The notes beneath the pieces are model-generated. The model worked only from the letters and a program-made list of their open reading frames with translations. It did not search any database and was not told the DNA's origin. The translations under genes and the position numbers were made by a program. This document shows, piece by piece, positions 21,112-31,719 of a DNA stretch of 64,000 nt (its first letter is position 1; each line of letters begins with the position of its first letter). The DNA is from an uncultured Nitrososphaeraceae archaeon (GTDB lineage: Archaea > Thermoproteota > Nitrososphaeria > Nitrososphaerales > Nitrososphaeraceae), in the NCBI GenBank assembly GCA_963765895.1, contig CAVXZB010000023.1:32001-96000 (forward strand). The letters are read 5' to 3'.

Positions 21112-22914
21112 TTAAAGATACCCGAAGGCGGGATCATCTTTTCTTTTGAGTAGTAATACTGCATCAAATATATCCTTTTCTTCTTTAGTTAGTCTATATT
21201 CAAATCGCTCAATCAACATCTTAGCATGTCGACTATTCAGATCCGTATAAAAGAATTCTCCTTCATTAATTTGTCTTCCTATTGTAGGCTCTCTAATCGA
21301 AATCGCGACCTGCATACCTCTTGTTGCCTCTTCAATCGTCTTACCGCTATCTTGGATTTGATGCACAATCCCGATTTTTTTGCCTGTATCGTTTATAACC
21401 CTTGTTTTCTGCCTAAGTTTTCCAACCAAGATTTCTGCTCCAAAGACAGCAGGACTATTTCGTCTAAATATAAATCCCTTCATAAACTGGAATTTACAAA
21501 CTGGGGGGATTTCATTGAATAGGATCGATTCTTCGTGTTCCTTTTGATATCTTGCCCATTCGATGTAGCTACGTACTAGGTTGTAAATAATTTGCTCATT
21601 GAATATCTTCACATCTCGTTCTTGCGCTTCTTTTATCGCATCATCTAGTACTCTAACATTAAATCCTAACACAACTCCCAGGTAGCGATCCTTGTCTTTT
21701 ACCGCAGACGCGGCTATCACGTCTCTCCTCGTAATATAACCAATATCAGCAGACTGAATCGCTACGTTCGCCTTGTATAGCATATCTGTGATAGCTTCTA
21801 TTGAACCAATGGTATCGCACTTTAGAATTATGCCATTAGATTCGGTGTTTATAAATGCAGCATTAACTTCAGATCGCAATAAGGTTTTGAGACGGTCTTC
21901 ATCCTCTCTCCTTTCAAGAACATAAATGGGGCTACCCGCAAGAACGCCATCCAAATCTGGGGACGTTATCTTCAGGCCAGCAGCAGATATCACTTCGTTT
22001 ACTGGCATGAATTTATCTCGAGGATCGCGCATCTCATCCAAAGGTTTGGGTACCAAGAGTGCCTTCGCTCTTGTTACAACCGATTTATCGCGTTTCGCAA
22101 CTACTATACTTGCACCCTGCTTCAATACTCCATCTAGGAGAATAACGTTGGCAGAAGGACCAAGGCCTATTTCTTCGTTGACTTCCAGCACTATTCCTCT
22201 GGCAGGACCTTCGTGTCGTTCCAATTTTAGGCCGAGGTACTGTTGAGTTAGACCAACTAATACTACAAGCAATTCTGGGATTCCGCCACCAGTTACTGCA
22301 CTGACTGGGACGACAGCAACTTCTCTGGTAAAGTCTTTGACTCTCCAAAACGCTTCTGAGACATAGCCGAGTCTTGAAAGTGATCCTACGACATCATAGA
22401 TTTTTTCATCTAGCATTTGTTGAATAATTTGGTCTTGTTTCTTTATTTCATTGCTTATAAGCGAGTTATCTCCAGTATTTCGCCAGCCGCTAATCAAGTC
22501 GATCTTGTTTAGTGCTATAACGAATGGAACCTTCCTTTTCTTAAGTATACCTAGACTCTCTATGGTTTGTGCCTCTAATCCCTTGTTCACATCGACGACA
22601 ACAATGGCGATATCAGCAGCCGAGCCACCCCGAATACGGAGGTTAGCAAATACTTCATGCCCCGGAGTGTCTATTACAAGCAATCCCGGAATCTGGGCCT
22701 CGGCTTTTGCAAGATTCAAATAGAGATTACCACTGATCTGTTTAATTGTCTCGATAGGAAAGAAGCTTGCACCAATATGTTGGGTTATCCCTCCTACTTC
22801 ACGAGCCTGAACAGCAGTACCCCTTATCTTGTCTAAAAGGGATGTTTTTCCGGAGTCTACATGGCCTAATACAACTACGACCGGTTGTCTGAGTCTGCAC
22901 TTAGCTACTTCCAA
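21112..22914 (-). CDS. infB: translation initiation factor aIF5B (IF-2)
   Basis: GHVDSGKT, GGITQHIGA, DTPGHE, NKID. Confidence 0.96.
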   Translation of the reverse strand: MEVAKCRLRQPVVVVLGHVDSGKTSLLDKIRGTAVQAREVGGITQHIGASFFPIETIKQISGNLYLNLAKAEAQIPGLLVIDTPGHEVFANLRIRGGSAADIAIVVVDVNKGLEAQTIESLGILKKRKVPFVIALNKIDLISGWRNTGDNSLISNEIKKQDQIIQQMLDEKIYDVVGSLSRLGYVSEAFWRVKDFTREVAVVPVSAVTGGGIPELLVVLVGLTQQYLGLKLERHEGPARGIVLEVNEEIGLGPSANVILLDGVLKQGASIVVAKRDKSVVTRAKALLVPKPLDEMRDPRDKFMPVNEVISAAGLKITSPDLDGVLAGSPIYVLERREDEDRLKTLLRSEVNAAFINTESNGIILKCDTIGSIEAITDMLYKANVAIQSADIGYITRRDVIAASAVKDKDRYLGVVLGFNVRVLDDAIKEAQERDVKIFNEQIIYNLVRSYIEWARYQKEHEESILFNEIPPVCKFQFMKGFIFRRNSPAVFGAEILVGKLRQKTRVINDTGKKIGIVHQIQDSGKTIEEATRGMQVAISIREPTIGRQINEGEFFYTDLNSRHAKMLIERFEYRLTKEEKDIFDAVLLLKRKDDPAFGYL

Positions 22915-23311
22915 AAATAACTTTGGATTCTTTTACAAAATTTTCATTGGTATCAGAAGCATGAATAATATTATCGGTTAGACCTAAACCAAAATCTCCT
23001 CTTATTGTACCTGGAGATGCCTCATAAGACCTTGTTTGACCTATCATCGCCCTAACTACATCTATCGCATTGTTTCCTTCTAGAATACAGGCCACAGTTT
23101 TACCAGAGGAAATAAATGAAACTAGCTCTCGGAAGAAATCTCTCTCCCGGTGGACATCGTAAAACGCCTCGGCCATCTCTTTAGAGAATAAATACAATCT
23201 TAGTTCGAGTAACTGAAATCCCTTCTCTTCAAATCTATTCACGATTCGTCCAACTAACCGTCGTTTGACTGCATCTGGTTTGATTACAACAAGCGTTTTC
23301 TGTATTACCAT
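22901..23311 (-). CDS. ndk: nucleoside diphosphate kinase
   Basis: IKPDAV, PGTIRGDFG, NIIHASD. Confidence 0.96.
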   Translation of the reverse strand: MVIQKTLVVIKPDAVKRRLVGRIVNRFEEKGFQLLELRLYLFSKEMAEAFYDVHRERDFFRELVSFISSGKTVACILEGNNAIDVVRAMIGQTRSYEASPGTIRGDFGLGLTDNIIHASDTNENFVKESKVIFGSS

Positions 23312-23314
23312 TTT

Positions 23315-23527
23315 CTACTTTCTTACCCTAATTCCTCCTTTTACATACTTACGAGTCCACTTTAATTTTCTAGGATCTCGTCTCAGCTTTCGCGAATTTT
23401 TCTTGCACTTTGAAGAACAGGTCCACTGAATCACTCCATCATTTTTCACCAACATTAGTCCATGACCAGTCACTATGGTTTTACCACAGAAGAAACAATT
23501 ACGAAGTGAAGTTGCTGTCTTGCTCAT
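23315..23527 (-). CDS. rpl24e: 50S ribosomal protein L24e
   Basis: CFFCG...G.G.MLVKNDG...CSSKC...PRKLKWT. Confidence 0.95.
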   Translation of the reverse strand: MSKTATSLRNCFFCGKTIVTGHGLMLVKNDGVIQWTCSSKCKKNSRKLRRDPRKLKWTRKYVKGGIRVRK

Positions 23528-23555
23528 ATAATAACCCCTACCAATTATCTCCTAA

Positions 23556-23771
23556 TTACTTTATTTTTCGAGCTTCTCTTTCTGTTTCTCTGAGCATTAG
23601 GATATCGTTCATTCTTATAGATCCCTTCACGTTTCGCGTCAAGATCCGCCCTCTATCCTTCCCCTCTAATACTTTGACCCTGACTTGTATTACCTCACCG
23701 GCTATACCCGTTCGACCAACTATTTGAATTACCTCTGCAGGTATGACCTTCTCTTCAGATGCTTTACTCAT
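23556..23771 (-). CDS. rps28e: 30S ribosomal protein S28e
   Basis: [27 protein letters not shown]. Confidence 0.96.
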   Translation of the reverse strand: MSKASEEKVIPAEVIQIVGRTGIAGEVIQVRVKVLEGKDRGRILTRNVKGSIRMNDILMLRETEREARKIK

Positions 23772-23780
23772 CAGGATCCC

Positions 23781-24161
23781 CTATTCTTTTTTGCTTTTCA
23801 CTGTCGAAATCGAACTTATTACTTCATCCACTATATGTTGGGCTTCTCCAGCTTCCATAATAGTTGCGGCTGCAGAACCTACGTCTATTCCAAGTGAAGC
23901 ACCAAGTTGTTGCTTACTTGGCACAAATATGTATGCAGCATGTCTATCTTCGCAGAGAATAGGCAAGTGCGCAACAACTTCTGGTGGCTCTACGTCCTCT
24001 GCTATCACAACTAGTTTACTGTTTCCTCTTTCTATCGCTTTTGTTGTCTCATTAGTTCCCTTTCTAACCTTGCCGCTCTGTTTGGCCACGCGTACAGCTT
24101 CATAGATAGCACTGACTAGATCTTTTGGAGTCTCAAATTTAACATAATAAGGCTTACTCAT
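23781..24161 (-). CDS. rpl7ae: 50S ribosomal protein L7Ae
   Basis: KGTNETTKAIERG, IAEDVEPPEVVAHLP. Confidence 0.96.
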   Translation of the reverse strand: MSKPYYVKFETPKDLVSAIYEAVRVAKQSGKVRKGTNETTKAIERGNSKLVVIAEDVEPPEVVAHLPILCEDRHAAYIFVPSKQQLGASLGIDVGSAAATIMEAGEAQHIVDEVISSISTVKSKKE

Positions 24162-24245
24162 ATTTGATGCAATCACCCGTAGGGATCATTTCTATTCTCT
24201 TGTAGGATAAAGATATTATATAATAATGTTGTCAATCACCGATCT

Positions 24246-25628
24246 CTATCGACTAGTTTGTCGTAAAATGTTCTCTATCACGGACGTGTACTCCCCTACC
24301 ATTGAATACAATCTTGATTCGTCAATAGATTCAGCGTACATCCTCAATATCGGTTCAGTACCACTAGGTCTTACTACAATCCATGAATCTTTATCAAGCC
24401 ACATTTTTGCTCCATCGATCGTTTCGGTCTTCAGCGGGTTCTTGTAGATAAGACACGCCTCCACTACCTCATTAGCAATGTGGATTGTATCACATTCGAA
24501 TTTGGATTTATATTGAAATGTTTTAGGCAATTTACCTAGCATTTGAGATAGTGACTCATTCGTTTTAGAGGAAGCAAGCATATCCAGCACAAGTGCAGTT
24601 GTCATGGCACCGTCCCTCACTTCATTCATTTTGCCATACATGAATCCACCATTCTCTTCAAGTCCAATGAGAGATTTACGTGCTACCATTTCTCTAGAGA
24701 CTTCCACGCTTCCTACCTTGGTAAATAGGACCTTTGATTTCTCTTCGTTCGCCACTAGAGAGACTAACATAGTAGTATTAATCGGGCATACAATCTCAGT
24801 ACCGCTACGCCCGGAGCTTAGTAAAAATCTAACCAGAAGGGCTCCAGTTTTGTCTCCTGGATGTACTATGCCTTTTTCATCGCAAAATATACTTCGATCT
24901 CCATCACCGTCGTAAGCCACGCCGAAATCTGCGTCTAGATCCCTTACAATTTCGCATAACGGATTAAGATTACTCACAGTAGGTTCTGAACCTCGCGAGG
25001 GGAAAGCACCGTCTAGATCACCATTAATTGTTACCACCTGACAGCCAAGCCGTCTTAGCAAGAGCGGAGCAACGTGGGCCTGAACGCCATTTCCCAAATC
25101 CATTATAACCTTAAACTTTCGTTCGCGTATCTTGTCAGAATTAACTAAACTGAGCACAGCATCAAGATATGGATTTATAATATTATCTTCCTTGTATAGA
25201 ATTCCCAAACCATCAGTTCTAGAAAATTTTTTTTCAAGATAAATTTTTTCTACCTTTAATTCGTCTTCTCTCGAAAGCTCGACACCATCTGATGCTATCG
25301 GTTTAATTCCATTATACTGTGGAGGATTATGCGAAGCAGTGATCATTATACCTCCGCTGTACCGGTATTTCTTTGTTGCAAACTGCAAACAGGGAGTAGG
25401 AATTATTCCGGCATCCCATACGTCAAGGCCGGCCGAATTTGCTGCAGAGCTAACCAGTCTTGCAATAATTGGGCTCGACAGTCTTGCATCTTGGCCAATC
25501 AATATCTTTCCATTTTTGAAAAAGGTAGCAAGAGAATAAGATAGATTTGTAATTAGCTCGAATTCAAATTCTCTTCCGAAAATACCTCTTACTCCGTTAG
25601 TACCAAAAAGCCTATTCCTAATTAGCAT
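24246..25628 (-). CDS. glmM: phosphoglucosamine mutase-like phosphohexomutase
   Basis: LFGTNGVRG, TASHNPPQYNG, DGDGDR, EENGG, RPSGTEP. Confidence 0.85.
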   Translation of the reverse strand: MLIRNRLFGTNGVRGIFGREFEFELITNLSYSLATFFKNGKILIGQDARLSSPIIARLVSSAANSAGLDVWDAGIIPTPCLQFATKKYRYSGGIMITASHNPPQYNGIKPIASDGVELSREDELKVEKIYLEKKFSRTDGLGILYKEDNIINPYLDAVLSLVNSDKIRERKFKVIMDLGNGVQAHVAPLLLRRLGCQVVTINGDLDGAFPSRGSEPTVSNLNPLCEIVRDLDADFGVAYDGDGDRSIFCDEKGIVHPGDKTGALLVRFLLSSGRSGTEIVCPINTTMLVSLVANEEKSKVLFTKVGSVEVSREMVARKSLIGLEENGGFMYGKMNEVRDGAMTTALVLDMLASSKTNESLSQMLGKLPKTFQYKSKFECDTIHIANEVVEACLIYKNPLKTETIDGAKMWLDKDSWIVVRPSGTEPILRMYAESIDESRLYSMVGEYTSVIENILRQTSR

Positions 25629-25838
25629 CTAGATCAATTTGGGTTATAATTTAATACAGACAATTTATTGGTATCTATAGTTCCTTAAGATTTGGTTGTA
25701 CGATTCACAACCTTAACTATAGTTTCAGACTTGCATTTGAATGGTAAACATATATGAGTTATTCCTTGCTTTTTTGCATAGATGATGGCTCGGCCCAAAT
25801 AAACAAATTTAACCTACCTACAATAGTAAACAGATAGA

Positions 25839-25981
25839 GCGGGGGTCGCCAAGCCCGGCCAACGGCGCAGGTCTCGTTTTTATTGTATAACTCTAATAAA
25901 AAGAGGGCGAAGCTTAGAATGAGTCAGGCTCCTATAACCCTGTTCCTCAGGGATTCGTGGGTTCAAATCCCACCTCCCGCA
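25839..25981 (+). tRNA. tRNA-Leu(TAG) with two introns (25872-25911 at 30/31; about 25919-25936 at 37/38 or 38/39)
   Basis: Acceptor GCGGGGG/CTCCCGC, T-arm GTGGG-TTCAAAT-CCCAC, long variable arm; removing both inserts yields anticodon arm CAGGG-CTTAGAA-CCCTG. Confidence 0.88.
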
Positions 25982-26427
25982 TCATATCATATTATGTATC
26001 ATCTAATTCCCATCGCTCTCTAGCTATGAGAAATAATGTAATAGCAACTTATGTAAGTCGTACGCAAAGGCTTCTCTCCTTATGATCCTGAAAGTGGATC
26101 TCGCAAAAATCATTGTCACAATCATAACAATGCCAAGCAGATAAGGTATAACAAACCGTACATTTACGAAAAGGCATATTGTAGTCGTAATTTTTTTTTC
26201 CCTTCGATTTTTGTTGCTGCCGTCTGCTGCTTCATAAGATCTGTACACTAACAATTTCCGTAACAACAGTTACTGTATTGATTGTCATAAAATATTGTCC
26301 TCAGATTGTTAATTCCATGAAGTCCATGCACAATTCCAACTACAAGTTGACCACCATATTTTGAATTTAAATGTTTGTTTGCTTCTAATGGAAGATTTAA
26401 TTTTGGTATTATAGATCGTGGCAGCTT

Positions 26428-27291
26428 ATGGTTGATGAACCAAAGGCACTCGCGGAGCTTACAGTAATAGGAAAGGATCAAAAAGGGGTCGTCGCTGACA
26501 TAACCAATTTTATATTTACAAAAGGTGGAAATATCGAAAATGTGAACCAGAAGGTAACGCGAGGCCTGTTTGGAATGCATTTGGAAGCATCATTTCACGA
26601 AATTGATAGAGTCTCTCTCGATAAAGGGTTAATGGCCTTGTCAAAGAAGCTGAATATGGAGATTAGAGTCCATTATGACGAACCGAACAGGCTCAAAAAC
26701 ATAGCTATTTTAGTTACCAAAGAGGCGCACTGCCTAGAGAAAATTTTAGATTCTAAAAAACGGAACGAAATAAATGCAAATATTTCCGCCATAATTGGAA
26801 ACGATGGATTGTTGTCTAAGATTGCAAATGACTTTAAAATATCGTTTCATACAGTCTCCTACGACGATCGAACCGATACTGCTGAACAAAACATTTTGGA
26901 ATTGATAGAACAATATAATATTGACCTTATAGTTTTAGCGAGATATATGCGAATTCTAAGCCCTAACTTTGTTTGGAGATACCCGAATCGGATCATAAAT
27001 ATACATCCATCATTGCTGCCTGCCTTTCCTGGGGCTCTGGCATACGCTCAGGCCTATGAGAGAGGTGCTAAGATAATTGGCTGCACTGCTCATTTCGTAA
27101 CAGATGATCTCGACCAAGGTCCAATAATATGTCAAGATGCATTCAAAGTGTCAGAAAGTGACACATTAGACACCATAAAGACAAAAGGAAGAGATTTAGA
27201 AGCCACTACCTTGTTGAATGCGATCAAGTTATATTTAGAGGGAAGGCTAGAGGTCTATTGGGGAAAAGTAATTACAAAGTCACGTAGCTAA
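26428..27291 (+). CDS. purU: formyltetrahydrofolate deformylase
   Basis: N-terminal ACT domain (GKDQKGVVA), LARYMRIL, INIHPSLLPAF, DLDQGPII. Confidence 0.92.
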   Translation: MVDEPKALAELTVIGKDQKGVVADITNFIFTKGGNIENVNQKVTRGLFGMHLEASFHEIDRVSLDKGLMALSKKLNMEIRVHYDEPNRLKNIAILVTKEAHCLEKILDSKKRNEINANISAIIGNDGLLSKIANDFKISFHTVSYDDRTDTAEQNILELIEQYNIDLIVLARYMRILSPNFVWRYPNRIINIHPSLLPAFPGALAYAQAYERGAKIIGCTAHFVTDDLDQGPIICQDAFKVSESDTLDTIKTKGRDLEATTLLNAIKLYLEGRLEVYWGKVITKSRS

Positions 27292-27412
27292 ACATTTTGG
27301 AATGCCAAATGTACTCGTCAATTGAATAAAGGTACTAGAATTCTTTGCTATGGCTTATTTGTACATAAGGCTAGTTTAAAGTTGATAAGTGTGTCCTATA
27401 TAATTTCTATAA

Positions 27413-28120
27413 TTGTCTTACCATATCAATGAACTTACTGACCCGGAATTTCGTAATGCCGTGGCCCGAAATCAGACAGCTATAATTCCAGTAGGTTCAC
27501 TTGAACAGCATGGTGAACATTTGCCAATCTCCACTGATTCAATAGTTGTTGATTACATATCTTCCAAGGTGGCATTGGATGTTGGCGCATTTAAACTGCC
27601 AGTAGTTAATTATGGGATATCGTATGAACATAGGCCACTGTTCAATATATCTTTACAGAGTTCCACGCTGTTAGCTGTCATATCTGAGATATGTTGTTCT
27701 TTACTAGATAACGGAATCAAAACCATTATCATAATTAACGGTCATCACGGAAATGCTGGTATACTACAATATGTATCACAAACCACGCCTGGAAATTTTT
27801 CGCGGGAATCTAATATTTATGTTCTCAACTATTGGCAATTAATGTCAGACAAATTTGATCATGCCGGTAACGTCGAGACATCTTTACTGCTAGCCATTGC
27901 TCCGAATCTAGTCCAGATGCAAAAGGCAAAACCCAACTCCAAAGAATTACAAAAATCAAAGATTGCATATACTGCTATAGCAAACTCTCCAGGTAGTTTC
28001 CCACGGCTTACAGGCAATGGTGTTTGGGGCGATCCAACAGGCGCAAGCATAGAAAAAGGGATCGAATTATTGCGAGAAATTGTCAATAATATTAAATCTG
28101 TCATTACCGAACTACGCTAA
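27413..28120 (+). CDS. creatininase family protein
   Basis: PVGSLEQHGEHLP..TD, NGHHGN, DHAGNVETS, GVWGDP. Confidence 0.9.
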   Translation: MSYHINELTDPEFRNAVARNQTAIIPVGSLEQHGEHLPISTDSIVVDYISSKVALDVGAFKLPVVNYGISYEHRPLFNISLQSSTLLAVISEICCSLLDNGIKTIIIINGHHGNAGILQYVSQTTPGNFSRESNIYVLNYWQLMSDKFDHAGNVETSLLLAIAPNLVQMQKAKPNSKELQKSKIAYTAIANSPGSFPRLTGNGVWGDPTGASIEKGIELLREIVNNIKSVITELR

Positions 28121-28293
28121 TGGAAATGGTCCGAACATGCCAGCATTAAGTTACATTGATCTATTTTTGTATACTCTGGATTTTATACAAATTCTTTTCA
28201 AACTTCTTTATACCAGGCCAGGCCTAGACTTGGCCGACAATGATATTTTAATATATCACCATGTTACGCCTATTCCATAGGTAGAATTTAGCG

Positions 28294-28524
28294 ATGTCAG
28301 TTGATATGGCTGTAAAAGTCTTGGACGAAAGCTTGGGTAAGGTTGTCCTTATAAAGCTAAAAGGGGGTAAGGTAATTAGAGGTAATTTACATGGGTTTGA
28401 CCAACACATGAATTTATTGTTAGAGAATTCTGTAGAAATACTTCAGGATGGCAAATCTAATGATCTAGGGACTATAGTAGTCAGGGGCGATAATGTCGTA
28501 ATCATTTCTCCGCCGCCTCAATAA
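28294..28524 (+). CDS. Sm-like (LSm/SmAP) RNA-binding protein
   Basis: [13 protein letters not shown] (Sm1) and VVRGDNV (Sm2). Confidence 0.95.
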   Translation: MSVDMAVKVLDESLGKVVLIKLKGGKVIRGNLHGFDQHMNLLLENSVEILQDGKSNDLGTIVVRGDNVVIISPPPQ

Positions 28525-28549
28525 TAATTAAAAAAATTCGGTGATATAA

Positions 28550-28720
28550 ATGACCAAAGGCACTACATCGATGGGAAAGTTTACGAGGAAAAAGGTGCAC
28601 ATTAGGTGTAGGAGATGTGGACACAACTCATTTCACAAGCGAGGAAAGGCTTGTTCAAAATGTGGATATCCTGAGCCGAAAATGCGAAAATATAGTTGGA
28701 TAAAAAGAAGCGTTCTTTAA
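28550..28720 (+). CDS. rpl37e: 50S ribosomal protein L37e (absent from the ORF track, 56 aa)
   Basis: Manual translation [41 protein letters not shown]...; the Sm-L37e pairing is conserved in archaea. Confidence 0.95.
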   Translation: MTKGTTSMGKFTRKKVHIRCRRCGHNSFHKRGKACSKCGYPEPKMRKYSWIKRSVL

Positions 28721-28794
28721 TATCCGACTGTTGTTTCTGTGAGATGACCTAGTCTATATCCTATCGAAAACTGGGCTAGAGGAAATGCTGAATC

Positions 28795-29544
28795 TTGTTT
28801 GAGCTAGTTATTATAGCCGCATCCTCAGCATTAGGTGCGTTGTCTGTCTTTATTCTTCATGGTAGCAAGGCAGTAACAAATCATATAAATAAAATTAAGG
28901 GTAAAGCCATTTTACATCCATTCGAGTCCGCACGCAGCGAACTAGAATCATTGAAGCTTGATAAGGATTCTCTGGTTGATAAAATAAATAGAGCCTACAA
29001 AGCTAAAAATGAGGAAAAGATCGACACATACGAGCGAGACAAGATAATCCTAAACTGCAAAGAACAAATAAGATTACAGAATATAAGAATCAAAGACCTG
29101 GAAGAGGTAAGCAATTATTCCGAGATTTTAAAAATGCGATCAGAATTAATAGGGCTCCTAGAGACAAGAATTCCAAAGATTGATAGTAAATTAAGGGAAT
29201 TATCTACAAAGTTAATAATAAACAGCGCCACTAACCTTGATTCATCTAAGCCGTTCAGTACCAGTCCTAATGAAAAAGTAAAGGAAAAATTCACAGGCGG
29301 AACACCGATCGCTACAAATATAAAAAATAACCATCGATCAGAAGGATATAATTATACTGAAGAGAATATCCAGAAGATTCAGCACGAGATCACTAAGGCA
29401 ATAGCCGAGTTGGAAGAACCAAACGTTAATTCCATCAATAACACCACAGGGAATTACCAACCATCAGACAAAAAAATGACTCTTGAACGAGCCCAGAATA
29501 GAGACGCATTGTCTTTTTTGGATTACTTCTATGACAAATCATAA
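28795..29544 (+). CDS. hypothetical protein with N-terminal membrane anchor and coiled coil
   Basis: Hydrophobic N-terminus followed by heptad-like K/E/L-rich helices. Confidence 0.7.
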   Translation: MFELVIIAASSALGALSVFILHGSKAVTNHINKIKGKAILHPFESARSELESLKLDKDSLVDKINRAYKAKNEEKIDTYERDKIILNCKEQIRLQNIRIKDLEEVSNYSEILKMRSELIGLLETRIPKIDSKLRELSTKLIINSATNLDSSKPFSTSPNEKVKEKFTGGTPIATNIKNNHRSEGYNYTEENIQKIQHEITKAIAELEEPNVNSINNTTGNYQPSDKKMTLERAQNRDALSFLDYFYDKS

Positions 29545-31023
29545 TTCCCATTCTATTAATGGCAAAAAAAAGATCTAAAATCTGATTTGATCATCTCAGG
29601 CTGTGTCACGATATTCATTCGGTAATTAATAATAGACATCTGAAACGACTGTTTATCGCGATCTCCTGACCAGGCTCCATTTACATTACAATCCTTCATA
29701 TAAGCACTCTAGTGTGCATATCTGCAAATAACTCCGCCTATTCATGACGCGTTTTAGTTTATAATTGTTATCTTTCTAATAGAAATCGAAAAACCCAGTT
29801 CTATCTTTTATGTACTGTATCGTTATTTCTATGAAAGTTTTTAAATTGAGGATAATTATGTTATTCAATATTTGGGAATCTACATACCTATGGATACATG
29901 TGCCACCATCTGCTGAAATATTGTGTCTTGCGTATCTTCTTATCAGAGGCTGTATACCTTGTTTAGCCACAAGCATGTTCCTTTCGCCTGAGGGACATCT
30001 AACAAAGATTTCCTTATTGGTTGTCTTTTGCAACTCTTTATCATATCTAGTTACTACCTACTTTAATCAATGCTTAGTCTATAATGAATTCGGAGAATTT
30101 ACATCTGGTTTGTTTGCAATAGCTAACTTGTTTTGTGTACCTGCTTTCTGTTCCGAATGGAAAAATAGCCCTTTCGATATTGACATAGCCCTAGTATGCG
30201 TTTCACAGGAGAGGCTTACAAAATATAACTATAGTGCGTAGTAAGATATTCCACTGAAGTCATAGATCTTACTTTGCACATAACTCCTAGTAGTCTTTAA
30301 CTATGGGACTATCCGTTACGCGAACAACGCCTACTTACTGCACATCACATTAAAATAGGAATACTCTTGTAGAACCATGGCCAAGTGACGTCCACTCAAG
30401 TACGTCAAAGTCAGCGATCGTTCTTACGGCACACATCAGGAGCTGGTTGGTTTACTAATTTTCCATAATAAAAGAATGTCAAGCAAACCGAAGAGGTTAT
30501 ACAAATGTTCTGTGAATTAAATGACTGTTGACTTGATTTCAAAGAGCTATCAAGGTATCAGTCAATACAAAGTCCGTGGGATAAGTTTGAAGAAAGGGTA
30601 TCACCATAAGTGTTCCTTCGGAAAAGGCGACGAACTTTTTTTGTATAATTCAGACCAGGGTCGCCAGTCTTAACTACTATGTAGAATTTCATAATCGTAT
30701 ATAATAACTTGGAGAAGAAATGCTCGTCCTGTGCTTTTCGATTATTTCAATGAATAAGTTGTAACTATGTCCTCAGAACATGGCCGCAATGGCAAGATAC
30801 GCCGATGGAGGTAGTACAGTTCTATACACAGTCTTTAAGTTCTACGACATCAAATCTGAAAAAGTTAGAGATATAAAATTGGACAGGATTAAAAATACTG
30901 TTAGAACAGATCCTAATGAAATATTAGCTTTCTTCCTCCAACTATCTTTGGATACCTTCAATGCTTCAGAATTTGAATAGACACAACCCATTGTGGGAAA
31001 GGTTAAAGTTGGATTGACATTAT

Positions 31024-31719
31024 TTGCATTCCATGTCTTCGATGAACACATCAATTCGCAGACTGGCCAAGGACATCGTGAATAAATACATTATCGAAAA
31101 CATGACAATTGGTTTAGGGAGCGGTAGTGCAGTTGCAGCAATAGTCGGAGAGTTAGGACGGATATCGATCAAAGATTCCTTGACATTCATACCTACATCA
31201 TTACAGATTGAGTTAGTGGCTGAAGAAAATAACCTCAGGATTAATGATGAAAGCAGAATTTCAGAAATTGACATAGTATTTGATGGCGCTGATCAGATCG
31301 ATTCAAATCTTAACATGATTAAGGGAGGAGGGGGGGCATTACTAAAGGAAAAGATTATCACCTCCGCCTCTCCAAAGCTAGTAATTACAGCAGATTCTAC
31401 TAAATATGTGAGCTCATTTACCCGCCCCGTTCCCATAGAGGTACACAAATTTGCCAGGCGCATAGTCTACGACAAGTTAAAGAAAGTAGGTGGTCAGCCA
31501 CAATTGAGAACTTTGGAAAAGGGATATCCATTCATTACCGAGAGTTCCAACTTAATTTATGATACCATTTTTGAGCCACATGAAAACCATAGACAGAAGG
31601 AAAATGAAATCAAGAGTATTCCTGGTGTCATCGAAGTGGGACTCTTCACACGTCGAGCTGATGCATATTATAAAGCAAACAATGATGGGTCTTTTGAAAT
31701 TATTTGTGGCAGTTCGTAG
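31024..31719 (+). CDS. rpiA: ribose-5-phosphate isomerase A
   Basis: IGLGSGS, DGADQID, IKGGGGALLKEK, PGVIEVGLF. Confidence 0.95.
   Translation: MHSMSSMNTSIRRLAKDIVNKYIIENMTIGLGSGSAVAAIVGELGRISIKDSLTFIPTSLQIELVAEENNLRINDESRISEIDIVFDGADQIDSNLNMIKGGGGALLKEKIITSASPKLVITADSTKYVSSFTRPVPIEVHKFARRIVYDKLKKVGGQPQLRTLEKGYPFITESSNLIYDTIFEPHENHRQKENEIKSIPGVIEVGLFTRRADAYYKANNDGSFEIICGSS

Noticed and set aside
26024-26266. ORFs downstream of tRNA-Leu
   Set aside because: No recognisable motif; Cys-rich fragments on the plus strand are too degraded to call
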